From the IMG/VR virus record IMGVR_UViG_3300029288_006769, positions 346,367 through 410,366 of that record: 64,000 nt of DNA, one strand, 5' to 3'. Of this stretch, positions 9,849-20,092 are shown piece after piece. This DNA is from a virus. Positions within the stretch are counted from its first letter, which is position 1; each line of letters opens with the position of its first letter. Below the pieces are notes generated by a model. That model worked only from the letters and a program-made list of their open reading frames with translations. It was not told the origin of the DNA and made no database searches. The position numbers and the translations under genes are program-made.

Positions 9849-10334
9849 TTACCATTTGATTTTTGCTCGTAACCATCCATTTAGATCACCAGGTATTGCA
9901 CCTACAATACCTATGACATCAGCATTACCACCTATATTTTCGTTTGTCAAAATTCCATTTGAATTAACATATAGTTTTTGATTATAAGTATAAATTCTTG
10001 TCGTGTCATAAGCATTTCTATTAAAATCTAGCAAAACATCATCTGATATCATTGATGCTGAATGATTGCTTGAATCGACAGGACTGTTTTCATATTTATA
10101 TGGTCGTCTTGCTGTTGCCAATCCATCCATATCTTTAAAATCATACTGTTTTCCATCATAATCTTCAAGTTTGTAACCGTTGATAAGCAAACCAACTGTT
10201 TCATTTGGCAATGCTTTTTCTACAGTCATTTTGTCTACAAATCTTACTATTTGACCACCATACCAACCTGTTCTTAGAAGATTAGGTCCAATTTTAACAT
10301 TAATTCCCCAGTATTTATAGTGGATCTTAATCAT
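9849..10334 (-). CDS. Second capsid decoration-like protein, paralog of 4890-5378
   Basis: YTYNQKLYVNSNGILTNEN..VIGIV..GWL aligns with YVAGALLYVSDFGLLTTEN..IVGRV..PWL. Confidence 0.55.
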   Translation of the reverse strand: MIKIHYKYWGINVKIGPNLLRTGWYGGQIVRFVDKMTVEKALPNETVGLLINGYKLEDYDGKQYDFKDMDGLATARRPYKYENSPVDSSNHSASMISDDVLLDFNRNAYDTTRIYTYNQKLYVNSNGILTNENIGGNADVIGIVGAIPGDLNGWLRAKIKW

Positions 10335-11038
10335 ATTCTTCCTGGCCTTGGTTTTATTCTTGTGGGTCGTTGTATTATAGGCTTTAATTCTCTTGGTCTT
10401 TTTTCTGTCAATGGTTTTTCTTGTTCAGGTTTTGTTGGTGTCACTGGAGCCTTTTGTTGTGGTTTTGTAGGAACTGGTTTAACAGGTACCTTAAGAGTTG
10501 GTTTGACAGGACCTTTTTGTGGGCCTTTGAACTGATCAGGAACTATAAATCTTTTAAACAAAGGTATTGACGCAGCAACATGTTTACAAATCAGATACCT
10601 TCTTTGTGGATCTCTTATATTGGGAGCGGTACCATCCGAGTATTGACGCTCAGAATAATCTTTATCAAGAGCATTAAAATCAGCACCATTATATTTCCAA
10701 GCATTACAATTACAAGATATTTCGACTTCTCTCCCAAGCATACCCTGTGTTTTAGGCCCTGTACCTAATAACTTAAAACGGACATCATAGGGCCCTTTGC
10801 TTTTTGTTTGATGACATTTTACAGAAAACATCCATCTACCATTTTTAGGATCATTACGTTTTGTTGTTGCTACACACCCTTTAGCATATTTGATAGATTT
10901 TTGATTTGTCTTAAATAATAATTCTCCTGCAGACATAGCAAGTTTTGCAAAAGGATCAGAAAACAATACTCCAAGCGGAATAATTTTTCTTGACAATAAC
11001 TCATTTGCTATAGATTGAATGGCTTCTTTATTCATCAA
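10331..11038 (-). CDS. SWIM Zn-finger protein with Pro/Lys-rich tail
   Basis: SCNC....ICKH motif. Confidence 0.65.
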   Translation of the reverse strand: MMNKEAIQSIANELLSRKIIPLGVLFSDPFAKLAMSAGELLFKTNQKSIKYAKGCVATTKRNDPKNGRWMFSVKCHQTKSKGPYDVRFKLLGTGPKTQGMLGREVEISCNCNAWKYNGADFNALDKDYSERQYSDGTAPNIRDPQRRYLICKHVAASIPLFKRFIVPDQFKGPQKGPVKPTLKVPVKPVPTKPQQKAPVTPTKPEQEKPLTEKRPRELKPIIQRPTRIKPRPGRI

Positions 11039-11436
11039 TAATCTCTTGCTTTCCCTATTATTGTTCCTATAGTACGCGAATCATTCCATTCAGGTATTGC
11101 GCCCAGTCTAGCATTACTTGCTTTTGTCACGTCATCATATAATTGCTTTGATGGGAAGATATATACAGAACCTTTTGCATATGTCTCGTTGTCAACGTAT
11201 TTATCGTTTAGATCAAAGATAATCTCAAAAACTATTTTCCAATGTTGATAAGATTGCTCTGTCTCATCTTCTCTAAAACTTGAATCTTTAAGTTCAAGAT
11301 GTACATGTTTAGATTTAATAGAACTAATAAATTGTTTTACTTTTTTTTCGAAATCAATCTTATCGACAAATTTCTGTTTCGAAACTGTTCTTTCACTTGC
11401 TTTCAAAATTTCATTTGTAATAAGTTCTATATTCAT
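11035..11436 (-). CDS. Hypothetical protein
   Basis: 133 aa, ATGA-coupled to neighbours. Confidence 0.7.
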   Translation of the reverse strand: MNIELITNEILKASERTVSKQKFVDKIDFEKKVKQFISSIKSKHVHLELKDSSFREDETEQSYQHWKIVFEIIFDLNDKYVDNETYAKGSVYIFPSKQLYDDVTKASNARLGAIPEWNDSRTIGTIIGKARDY

Positions 11437-13688
11437 ACTTTAAATTCTTCTCGAATTGTTTCTCTAATTGCACTTTTGATTTTTTCAATCTCGTGTGTTT
11501 CATTTAATTTTGATTCAAGTAAAAAAGTAAGTTTTGAAATATTATCAGCATATAAATCTTTTGCAGCATTTACTTTTTCTGTAATTGGCAATTCATCTTT
11601 AATTCTAGATGCAAAAACTTGAGGTAAATATTTTTTAAGCGTATGAATTCTTATTTTAGTTGTCGAAGATCCATTTAAAGCAAGAATTTCATTTTCTAAG
11701 TTCAAAACAGCACGTCTAGCATTCTGACTCAATTTTAAATCTTTTATCATTGAATCAACCCAAGCCTTCTTTGAGTTTTCTTCAACAATAATAGCAGCAC
11801 CAAGTTGCTCAGCTTTATCCGTGTCCACAAATGGAATATCAGGGATTTCAACTTTATTTTCAGATTCAGCAAATAATTTTACTTTTTTTTGATCTGTTCT
11901 TTCGGGTTTGAGTCTTTTTTCTAAAGGAACTTCCAGTTCTTCTATTTCATCGTCTCTTTTCTTATCTTTTTTATTTTCTTGTCTATCATATCTACGTTGT
12001 TCTCTTGTTTCTGCTGTTTTTGTAATTTTTTCATTTTGTGTCGCAAACATTTCTGTTGATGCTTCAGGTTCATATTTTAAACCAAGTTCTTGTGCCCTTA
12101 ATTCCGCAATTGCAGGTGCAAGAGTTCTTCCAGCTTCGGTAGCAGCACCATTCATCATGGTGAAATAATTAATATCGAGTGGAGTACCTTCAAATCTCTT
12201 GAGCCTTTCTTTAACAGTTTCAGCGTCAAGCCCAAAACACTCGAGCCAAGTTTGCATATCGATTTGACCCTGAGTAACCATTTGAGCAAGCATCTGTTTA
12301 TGGGCTGTATCATCAACAAAATTCAATCTGTTCCATTTGATACGAGGATACAACCATTTGATTTTCTTTTCTTTCTTAGAAGTACCTTCTTCATATTCTG
12401 CCCAATCATTTCTTTTGGCCATAGGAAGAAATAATGATTGAATCACATAACTTTCAATTCTTTCTCTATAAATTGAATATTTTTGATTCATTACTTCTAA
12501 TACGGTTTGTCCATTAGCATAAGAACCTTCACCTAACAAGAAACTTTTATTTATCATTAACCCTATCAACAGTTCCTCGTTTATCCAATTCCATTCTGAC
12601 TCTAATTGCATCAACCCTTGACTTGTTCCAACAAGGTCCCAATGCAATTCATAGTTAGTAATGATGGCGTAATCAGGATCTGCAAAAGCACTGTCGACCT
12701 GTTCTCTAATTATATTCAGATCAGCCATACCTGTAGAATCTGCCCAAATCAAATGTTTCGGCGTAAGATGTCGAGAAGCTACAGCATCCTGTGATTGTCT
12801 TAATCTGTCTTTATAAATAAGAGTTTTGAAATTTCTCTCTACAATACCAGTACCCACAAGGTCATAATCAGCCATTTTGTAGGTGACATGAGCCACATGG
12901 CTACCATGATTTGGATCTGTATTTAAAGGTATTTTCTTTCCTGTTTGTACAAGTTCAATAACATCTTCAGGTATTGCTTTAAAAAGAACACCTGTTTTTG
13001 GGTTATCAGGTCCATTGTTAATAATTTTCTTCATTTGCTCATTTGGAATTAAATCGACTCTCATTATATCAGTAAATTGAAGTTTTTCAAGTTCTATATA
13101 ATCAGGATCTAACAGAGTCAGTTTTGTCCAACGGTTTTTCTGTTCGCTCCATCGAGCAAAAGGAAAGACGTTACCAAGTTTGTAGTATTCAACACCCATT
13201 TGAAGGAGTTTATTGAACAAATCAATACCTTCAGTGGAACACATTTCTTCGTATTCTTCTTGGATCTTCCTTGTTTTTATCTTATCTTTGCTTGGGGGTA
13301 ATGTCAATCTTATACTTGACAAAGGAAGTTCAGCATGAGAATCTATAGCAGTACTAACTAAAGGATCATATTTGTAAAAATAACGACACCATGCATTTAT
13401 TTCTCTATAATCACGAGGAAGTAAGATAGAACTTGGCTCAAATTCTGGGTGGTAAAAGCTTGGCATAGAATTCTTAACATTTGCTCCACCCCCACAAGTA
13501 TTAGCAGTCTTAGACATTGATCTAGACATTCGATCTACTACACGTAACAAACGTTTGTTATATTTTCTGGGCTTTCCTTGATAAAACTCAGAATCTATAA
13601 TAGTTGTGTCATTCCCGAATTTGATCGTAGCGCCATTCTTTTTCATGCCACTTGAATCAAGTTCAGAGCGTTTTTTTCTTTGAATCAT
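11433..13688 (-). CDS. Portal protein
   Basis: 751 aa near terminase; YDPLVSTAID, EYYKLGNVFP, LLDPDYIE, YPRIKWNRLN segments typical of portals. Confidence 0.8.
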   Translation of the reverse strand: MIQRKKRSELDSSGMKKNGATIKFGNDTTIIDSEFYQGKPRKYNKRLLRVVDRMSRSMSKTANTCGGGANVKNSMPSFYHPEFEPSSILLPRDYREINAWCRYFYKYDPLVSTAIDSHAELPLSSIRLTLPPSKDKIKTRKIQEEYEEMCSTEGIDLFNKLLQMGVEYYKLGNVFPFARWSEQKNRWTKLTLLDPDYIELEKLQFTDIMRVDLIPNEQMKKIINNGPDNPKTGVLFKAIPEDVIELVQTGKKIPLNTDPNHGSHVAHVTYKMADYDLVGTGIVERNFKTLIYKDRLRQSQDAVASRHLTPKHLIWADSTGMADLNIIREQVDSAFADPDYAIITNYELHWDLVGTSQGLMQLESEWNWINEELLIGLMINKSFLLGEGSYANGQTVLEVMNQKYSIYRERIESYVIQSLFLPMAKRNDWAEYEEGTSKKEKKIKWLYPRIKWNRLNFVDDTAHKQMLAQMVTQGQIDMQTWLECFGLDAETVKERLKRFEGTPLDINYFTMMNGAATEAGRTLAPAIAELRAQELGLKYEPEASTEMFATQNEKITKTAETREQRRYDRQENKKDKKRDDEIEELEVPLEKRLKPERTDQKKVKLFAESENKVEIPDIPFVDTDKAEQLGAAIIVEENSKKAWVDSMIKDLKLSQNARRAVLNLENEILALNGSSTTKIRIHTLKKYLPQVFASRIKDELPITEKVNAAKDLYADNISKLTFLLESKLNETHEIEKIKSAIRETIREEFKV

Positions 13689-13734
13689 TATTTATACCTT
13701 TAAAATTATTAATCTGATTAATTCTTTAGAAAAA

Positions 13735-14367
13735 TTAAACTGCATCCCAATCAATAATTGATGCATGTGGCCCGTGTCTATGTCTAAATCTAAATTCTGA
13801 ATTCATAATGTATTCAAAAATGTCTTGTTGTTTTGCACCAACAATTGAGGCTAATTCAGCTGCAATTTCTTGATTTGACATTGTCGGGTGTTGCTCAAGT
13901 CTCATATTTATAAGAGTTCTTTGAGAACCTGTAAGACCACATTTCCTATTCAAACGGCGACATGCTCTTTTCAAGTAATTAATTTCAATAGCAGCAGATT
14001 GAAAAAGGCTATCATTCATATCAATGTCATCTGGCACTCGCAAATTATCTATTCTTTTTTTAAGTTCATCAATCTCTCCTTGAGTATCATAATCAGTTTG
14101 CAAATCTTCAAGTTGTTTTTTAAGCTCATCTATTTGAGATTGAAGTGCATCGGTACCAGCATCAGAAGGAGCCTCTGCCCCTGTATCAGTAGCAGGCATA
14201 TCAGCTATATCTTGTGCTAGATCAGGATTTGGTTGTTCATCAGGGCTAACAGAAGGATCATCAGCAGGAACATCTACAGGTTCATTAGTACCCGTTGTTT
14301 CATCGGGCGGGGTATCTTCTGCTGGTGCACTTTGTCTAATAAATCTATCAAACCATGGATGTTCCAT
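13735..14367 (-). CDS. Hypothetical protein (acidic N-terminus, coiled coil)
   Basis: 210 aa ORF, AGGAG RBS. Confidence 0.65.
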   Translation of the reverse strand: MEHPWFDRFIRQSAPAEDTPPDETTGTNEPVDVPADDPSVSPDEQPNPDLAQDIADMPATDTGAEAPSDAGTDALQSQIDELKKQLEDLQTDYDTQGEIDELKKRIDNLRVPDDIDMNDSLFQSAAIEINYLKRACRRLNRKCGLTGSQRTLINMRLEQHPTMSNQEIAAELASIVGAKQQDIFEYIMNSEFRFRHRHGPHASIIDWDAV

Positions 14368-14650
14368 GCTCTCTCCTTTGTTTTCTCTCTTGTCTTGCTT
14401 TTTCTATCTGTTCCTGTTTTTGTTTGAATAATTGTCTTGTTATTGCTGCTCTTTTTTGATTTGTAAAGAAACTTGTCTGTTTCTCAATTGCATTAGATAA
14501 GTCTAAAGCTTGTAAAGCCATTTTTTGCATACCAATAAGATAAAATTTAGCTGAAATATCATTCTCTTTCAACATCGAAATTTCTTTATTTAATTCTTGA
14601 GAATGAAACTTCAGTTTATTAATTATTTCTCTAACATGTTCTATACTCAT
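14348..14650 (-). CDS. Hypothetical protein
   Basis: 100 aa, coupled to terminase stop. Confidence 0.6.
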   Translation of the reverse strand: MSIEHVREIINKLKFHSQELNKEISMLKENDISAKFYLIGMQKMALQALDLSNAIEKQTSFFTNQKRAAITRQLFKQKQEQIEKARQERKQRREHGTSMV

Positions 14651-16518
14651 CTAAATGATCTCACTGGATGAATAGCTCTTTGCAAATTAGTTACCGTTTT
14701 ATGCAATTTCAAACGTCTTTGATAAGCTTGATGACTTGCTACTTTATCACCTGTTGACGTAAAAGTTTGCACTCCATTTGTTCCAACAATACTCAAAGCA
14801 GACATCCCGATTTCATTGTTAGTGGCTATATATGAAGCATTGGCTAAAACATCGCACAAGTCATCCGTTGTTATTTCTCCAAGAGTAGGTGCCTCAATTA
14901 AAAATTGTTTTTTCCCAACTCTTTTTTCCTGTAAATTTTTAAGTTCTTTTATTCCCCGTTCATGATAAAACATGTCGAGTCTTTCATCATAAATAAGATC
15001 TCTCAAATTTTTGTAAATTTTAGTGTTGTAATGTCTACTAAAAGGAGTTTTGAGAGCATTCAATCCTAATTTTTTGAACTTAAGAACAGAAGATGTACTG
15101 TCAAATTGGTCAAATACTATTTTCACTATTCTGAATTTTTGACATAAACTTGTTATATATTCGTGTATGACTTCTTCATCGATATAAGGCAATCCTTCAA
15201 ATTCAGGATCTCTTAATGACCAAACTTTCCATCTGTCTAAAATGACAATTGTTCTTTTTTGTCTTTTTTCTTTTCCTTCGATTACATTAGTTTTTTCTTT
15301 TTGTTCTACATGAACCATAGCAAGAGCATATCCATTTTGAGATGATGAAGGATCTACAGCTATATAATGGGCATAATTTGAAACTGGGACTGTTGTTTCA
15401 CTATCTCTTGTGATACAAGCATCAATTTTTTCAGGGTATCTAAAGAATCCTGAAATTATAGAAGAGAATTCTGCACCAAATTCTGAGTCAAATGATTCTG
15501 GGTTTCTCTTTTTTTCGCTTTCAAGATACTCGAAAGTAATTGTTTCATTCATCTCCCAAGTAGGTATTCTAAACATGATCTTGTTGAGATCAGGTTCATC
15601 ACCTTCTCGACCTATACAATCAAGATATAGATCGTAAAAAATACCTGCTTTGATGTACGGCGACGAAATGCTTATGATTTTTCCATCAAGTCCAAATGTC
15701 GCTACAGAAGGAGTCAATGCCTCATAAATTTGATCTCCTGAACGGTTTCCCTCATTATCAATAAAGTGAGCAATCTCGTCAAGAATTCCAACTATAATGC
15801 TACCACCACGTATACCACGTGCTGTACAAGGCAGAGCCAATATTTTTATAGAAACATGAGGATCTAAAGGTTTCCCGTGTAATCTTGTTTCTTGCGTATA
15901 GAGTTCTAAATCTCTTTTTGTTCTTAAACGAATCTCAGATTGATTTTTGCCTTCGACATAAGGCGTAAACCATTTTGAATTAAGAATTCTATTTTGAGTA
16001 GCTTTTGCAAGAATTAATGCCTGATCTGTTGTACTGGCAATATTGACAATGCGAATTTCTTCGCCTTGGGGTAATTTATAGTATTTTTGAGGATCTACTT
16101 TTAAAATTAGTCTATATGCTTCATATGAAGAAATGACCGATGCAATAAATGTTTTACCAGATCTACGTCCACAAACTAGAACAAGTTCAATAAAATCTTT
16201 AGGATCAAGGTTTCTTAAATTTGTTCTACCTTGTTGAATTAAAAAATTGACATATTCTACTTCAGTTAAATACTTCCCTTCCTCATCAAACGGGAATGAT
16301 CTTACTTTTATAGTTTTTTCTTTATCATCAAGTGAAATACCATAATAAACTTTAAGAACAAGTTTTTCAACAGCATGTAAGGGTTGATCAAGATAAAAAG
16401 GGTGTTCACAGAAGGTGATTATGTCAACTTCTTTTTCTGAATCATCAATGAGTCCCTTTGTTGCTTCTGCAAAAAGGGACTCAAACGAGAAGGAAGTATC
16501 TAAAATATCATTAGCCAT
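14647..16518 (-). CDS. terL: Terminase large subunit
   Basis: Walker A GRRSGKT, Walker B ILDEIAH, ISSP coupling motif, RNase H IAVDPS..FDQF..DDLCD; probable start MANDIL at 16518. Confidence 0.92.
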   Translation of the reverse strand: MANDILDTSFSFESLFAEATKGLIDDSEKEVDIITFCEHPFYLDQPLHAVEKLVLKVYYGISLDDKEKTIKVRSFPFDEEGKYLTEVEYVNFLIQQGRTNLRNLDPKDFIELVLVCGRRSGKTFIASVISSYEAYRLILKVDPQKYYKLPQGEEIRIVNIASTTDQALILAKATQNRILNSKWFTPYVEGKNQSEIRLRTKRDLELYTQETRLHGKPLDPHVSIKILALPCTARGIRGGSIIVGILDEIAHFIDNEGNRSGDQIYEALTPSVATFGLDGKIISISSPYIKAGIFYDLYLDCIGREGDEPDLNKIMFRIPTWEMNETITFEYLESEKKRNPESFDSEFGAEFSSIISGFFRYPEKIDACITRDSETTVPVSNYAHYIAVDPSSSQNGYALAMVHVEQKEKTNVIEGKEKRQKRTIVILDRWKVWSLRDPEFEGLPYIDEEVIHEYITSLCQKFRIVKIVFDQFDSTSSVLKFKKLGLNALKTPFSRHYNTKIYKNLRDLIYDERLDMFYHERGIKELKNLQEKRVGKKQFLIEAPTLGEITTDDLCDVLANASYIATNNEIGMSALSIVGTNGVQTFTSTGDKVASHQAYQRRLKLHKTVTNLQRAIHPVRSFR

Positions 16519-17518
16519 TATTGTATGACGCCACAACTTCGAAAATAATGTCTTCTGTTGTTCTGTATCTAAGCATTGCAATTTTGACAAGTTTGTTGAT
16601 CATACTTGCTGTGTAGAGTTCTTTCAATTTTGGACTTTCTCTAAGTTTCTCTCTTCCAATTGCAATCCAATGACGAACCATTCTTTCAGTAAAAGCAGGA
16701 TCTTCTTTACCAAGTTCTTTTGCGACCTCATTACTTGTCAGATCATCAGCTCCTGGATCATCCGGATGATAATATTTTAAAAGAACTTTCTTTTCATTGT
16801 CAGGTAATTTCTTGATTTCTTCCATGAAAAGTCTCATAATCTCTTTGTTTCTTAGAACTTCGTCCGGGAGAGGTTCGTTACTCTTGAGTGTGTCCATAAG
16901 AAGAAGTGCGCTCTCACCTTCATCACCAGAAACTTCTTCGTACATACTTTTGATAGTTCCCTGACCAAAAAGTTTTAAAATCTCAAGAGTTTTATCTACA
17001 TCTGTCTTAAGAATTTCAGAAAATTCTTTAAGATCTTTTGATTCATAATCAGCATTTTCATCATCAAGTTGAGATAAATCGATTTTGTTAAAATCTGGCA
17101 TTCTTTTATTTTTTTGAAAAAATGTCCTTAGAGCATTCTTGAATCTGATTTTATATTTTCCTACATCAGGTATAACTTCACCTTTACCTAGCATTTCGGC
17201 AATCGAGTGTCTATTGATTTTCGTTCCAAAAGCTTTTGCAATGTAACCTACAATTTCACCAGCAGATTTGGGAGTAAGTTCCATAAGAACTTCAAGAAAA
17301 CTACTCTCAATGTGATGACGAATTTCTTCCCTTTCTTTTGCATTACTAGCAAGTTCAGAAACTTGTTTCATCTTTTTCCCTATCAATCCGCCAAATGTCT
17401 CGCGTAAATCATCAAAGACTCTTGTTTTATCTTTTCTTGATGTTGCTGAATCTTGCAAGGTTTTAACAGCGTTTACAAGATCATCACCCTCCAATTTTTT
17501 AGATTTAAGCCAAAACAT
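16511..17518 (-). CDS. Phage RNA polymerase sigma factor-like protein
   Basis: Region 3/4-like LLMDTL..LPDE..IKKLPDNEKKVLLKYY..LTSNEVAKELG..TERMVRHW; start MFWLKS at 17518 with AGGAG RBS. Confidence 0.7.
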   Translation of the reverse strand: MFWLKSKKLEGDDLVNAVKTLQDSATSRKDKTRVFDDLRETFGGLIGKKMKQVSELASNAKEREEIRHHIESSFLEVLMELTPKSAGEIVGYIAKAFGTKINRHSIAEMLGKGEVIPDVGKYKIRFKNALRTFFQKNKRMPDFNKIDLSQLDDENADYESKDLKEFSEILKTDVDKTLEILKLFGQGTIKSMYEEVSGDEGESALLLMDTLKSNEPLPDEVLRNKEIMRLFMEEIKKLPDNEKKVLLKYYHPDDPGADDLTSNEVAKELGKEDPAFTERMVRHWIAIGREKLRESPKLKELYTASMINKLVKIAMLRYRTTEDIIFEVVASYNNG

Positions 17519-17519
17519 T

Positions 17520-17777
17520 TCACTCTCCTTTTGTTTGTGACATTGCTTTTCGTTTTTCTTTTCTCTTTTCAAGAATGCTTCTTCTTTTGTCAGCATCCTC
17601 TCCTATAATACAATCTAGTAATCTATGTTCACTTCCCTTTACTACTCCTGAAAATCGGGAAATCAATCTTCTTGTTTCACTTCCACATTCTGGACATTTT
17701 GCATCTGGCGAATCTATATGCAAAAATTCTTCAAATTCATATCCGCAACTAAGACAAGAAAATTCATAAATGGGCAT
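17520..17777 (-). CDS. FmdB-family Zn-ribbon protein
   Basis: MPIYEFSCLSCG..CPECG. Confidence 0.8.
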   Translation of the reverse strand: MPIYEFSCLSCGYEFEEFLHIDSPDAKCPECGSETRRLISRFSGVVKGSEHRLLDCIIGEDADKRRSILEKRKEKRKAMSQTKGE

Positions 17778-17804
17778 ACAGCACCTTTAATTTCATTTAA
17801 TTTT

Positions 17805-17975
17805 TTAAACATATACACGTATTTGATTTCGTTGTTTGTAACGTTTTCTGAGGCACTCAACACAAATAATCTCTCCATACATTACTTCTATTACTTCTCT
17901 TGTTTTCTTATCTACGATTTCAACTTTGATACGTGCATAATTGTCTTTCTCTAGATTGCAATTCGAGCAATGCAT
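17805..17975 (-). CDS. Small Zn-finger protein (56 aa, not in ORF track)
   Basis: MHCSNC..LCVECL with GGAG RBS. Confidence 0.55.
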   Translation of the reverse strand: MHCSNCNLEKDNYARIKVEIVDKKTREVIEVMYGEIICVECLRKRYKQRNQIRVYV

Positions 17976-17990
17976 TTTCATCTCCGTTAA

Positions 17991-18269
17991 TTATTTTATA
18001 TCGGCAAGTTTTGTTGCTCCCTCACCTGATCTCTCCCTTTCAATCATTTTTGATTTCATCTTGTCGTTCTTTTTTTTCATTTGGTCTTTAATTCTAAAGC
18101 CCTGACTTGGCCAATCATTTCCTTTGAGAACAAAATTCTTGTTTAAAGAAAAAAGCCTTTCACAATCACCAGAACAAATCTCGCATGACACTTTTGGAGT
18201 AGCTGTAATACCGTGCATTTGTTCTTGAACATTTCCACATTCCTTACACTGATACTCATATGTGGGCAT
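17991..18269 (-). CDS. FmdB-family Zn-ribbon protein (second copy)
   Basis: MPTYEYQCKECG..CEICSG..FVLKGNDW. Confidence 0.8.
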   Translation of the reverse strand: MPTYEYQCKECGNVQEQMHGITATPKVSCEICSGDCERLFSLNKNFVLKGNDWPSQGFRIKDQMKKKNDKMKSKMIERERSGEGATKLADIK

Positions 18270-18391
18270 TTTAATCTCCTCTTAAAAATTAATTTTATTT
18301 AATTTGTACTACTAATTATATCTTGAATTTCAATGACAATGATCTTTAAATTGAAAACACAACACAATTCTGTCTATTAAACAATAGTCTT

Positions 18392-18407
18392 ATAAAAACT
18401 ATAGAAA
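18392..18407 (-). promoter_or_regulatory. Recurrent upstream motif (candidate late promoter)
   Basis: TTTCTATAGTTTTTAT upstream of the FmdB-sigma-terminase run. Confidence 0.5.
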
Positions 18408-18418
18408 TGGGAAATGAA

Positions 18419-19102
18419 CTAGTTCAAAAACCAGTTTATTGGTTGAATATTTTTAGATGCCAAAAAATCATTTGTTTTAGAAAAGTGTTTGCATCCAAAA
18501 AATTTGTATGAGGATAAAGGTGACGGATGAGCAGACATTAAAATTTGATGTTTTTTCTGATCTATTAAAAATCTCTTATTTTTAGCAAAAGAACCCCACA
18601 ACAAAAAAACAATATTGCTTTTTAAATCAGATATTTTTTCAATTACACAATCAGTGAAAATCTCCCAACCTATTTTTGAATGCGACAATGGTTTATGGAG
18701 CTCGACTGTAAGAAAAGAATTCAAAAGCAATACGCCTTGACGAGCCCAGGACTCTAAACAACCAGATTTTGGTATTTCAATTTCTAAATCATTTGCAAGT
18801 TCCTTAAAAATATTTATAAGACTTGGTGGCTTATCGATTCCTGCAGGAACAGAAAAAGAGAGGCCCTGAGCTTGTCCAACATTATGATAAGGGTCTTGGC
18901 CTAATAGAACCACTTTGGTGTCATCAAAAGAACACCATTCAAATGCTTTAAAGATATTATGTATTTCTGGTCTTATTTCTTTTTCTTTGTACTCTGCAAA
19001 AATTCGTTTTTTTAATTCAATAAAATAAGACTTATCCTGTTCTTCTTGAAGGATTGTTTTCCAACTTTCAGGTAACTCTAAAATATTTTTTCTATTTATC
19101 AT
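18419..19102 (-). CDS. ung: Uracil-DNA glycosylase family 1
   Basis: GQDPYH, GVLLLN and HPSPLS motifs. Confidence 0.95.
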   Translation of the reverse strand: MINRKNILELPESWKTILQEEQDKSYFIELKKRIFAEYKEKEIRPEIHNIFKAFEWCSFDDTKVVLLGQDPYHNVGQAQGLSFSVPAGIDKPPSLINIFKELANDLEIEIPKSGCLESWARQGVLLLNSFLTVELHKPLSHSKIGWEIFTDCVIEKISDLKSNIVFLLWGSFAKNKRFLIDQKKHQILMSAHPSPLSSYKFFGCKHFSKTNDFLASKNIQPINWFLN

Positions 19103-20024
19103 TACTCAAACACATTTTTAAAAAATCAATGACTTTTAATTTTATTCCAGGAGAAGTTTTTTCACTATTTCCTGCAACATTTAAAACTTTTATTGCATTA
19201 CATTTCAACCAACTTTTGAATTTTATTTGTTGTTCTTTTAAATCTACATTTAAGTCAACATCAAAATAAGGTTTATCGTATTGAACTATTGCTTCAAATG
19301 TACATTTTTCACCTGATGAATTAAAATTTGTTGCAAATCTTACTGTCCCATCAGATTCTTTAACATTTAGATAAGTTCTTGGAGGATAATAACTTGATTC
19401 ATGTTCTTGCATATTGTATAATTCTTTATATTCTGGTTTGTCTCCATCTAATGTTCTAAAACCTGCAGGCATCCATCCACCAGATTTAAACCCTATCAAT
19501 TTTGCTGTAATTATACCAGCTTCATCAGCCCCTGTTTGACCACCTGAAATAATTTTTTCAACTTGAATATTATACCAATCAACTGTCGTAGGAATACTTT
19601 GTGTTTCTCTTGAAAAATCGAGCTTTGTGATCAAATCCGGTCTATGTAATCTGATCATCTTTCCAATCAAAGTAGTATGACAAAAAAACATTCCTGTATT
19701 TTTTATTTGCTCTTTTGAAGAAGAACTACTCGGGCACCAACAACATAAAATATATTGTTGTTTTTTGTCAAGACTTTCAAGCCAGTTTTCTATTTGTTCC
19801 CATCTATCTACATAACCTCCTCGTAACTCATTTATATAGCTATCAATAGAATTGCCACAATTTCTAAGTCTTAATCGAAAACCATTGACATCTTTTGGGA
19901 ACAAAAATTCTAAGTCATGATACTTACACCACTCAGGTTTCCAACAAGCAACACTGTATTTGTTTTCTAATTCATGTTTCTTTGCTTCAAAAAATGAAGT
20001 TAATAATACATTGAATTCAAGCAT
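19092..20024 (-). CDS. Protein with C-terminal SLOG (putative molybdenum carrier-like) domain
   Basis: KIISGGQTGADEAG..GGWMP..RTYLNVKESDGT..LNVAGN. Confidence 0.75.
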   Translation of the reverse strand: MLEFNVLLTSFFEAKKHELENKYSVACWKPEWCKYHDLEFLFPKDVNGFRLRLRNCGNSIDSYINELRGGYVDRWEQIENWLESLDKKQQYILCCWCPSSSSSKEQIKNTGMFFCHTTLIGKMIRLHRPDLITKLDFSRETQSIPTTVDWYNIQVEKIISGGQTGADEAGIITAKLIGFKSGGWMPAGFRTLDGDKPEYKELYNMQEHESSYYPPRTYLNVKESDGTVRFATNFNSSGEKCTFEAIVQYDKPYFDVDLNVDLKEQQIKFKSWLKCNAIKVLNVAGNSEKTSPGIKLKVIDFLKMCLSNDK

Positions 20025-20040
20025 ATCTATTTATATACCA

Positions 20041-20080
20041 AAAACAAAAAGAGCCGACACCTTTGAACCTGCCGGCTCTT
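20041..20080 (-). terminator. Rho-independent terminator
   Basis: AAGAGCCGGCAGG..GTGTCGGCTCTT stem followed by T-run. Confidence 0.6.
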
Positions 20081-20092
20081 ATTAATAAAAAA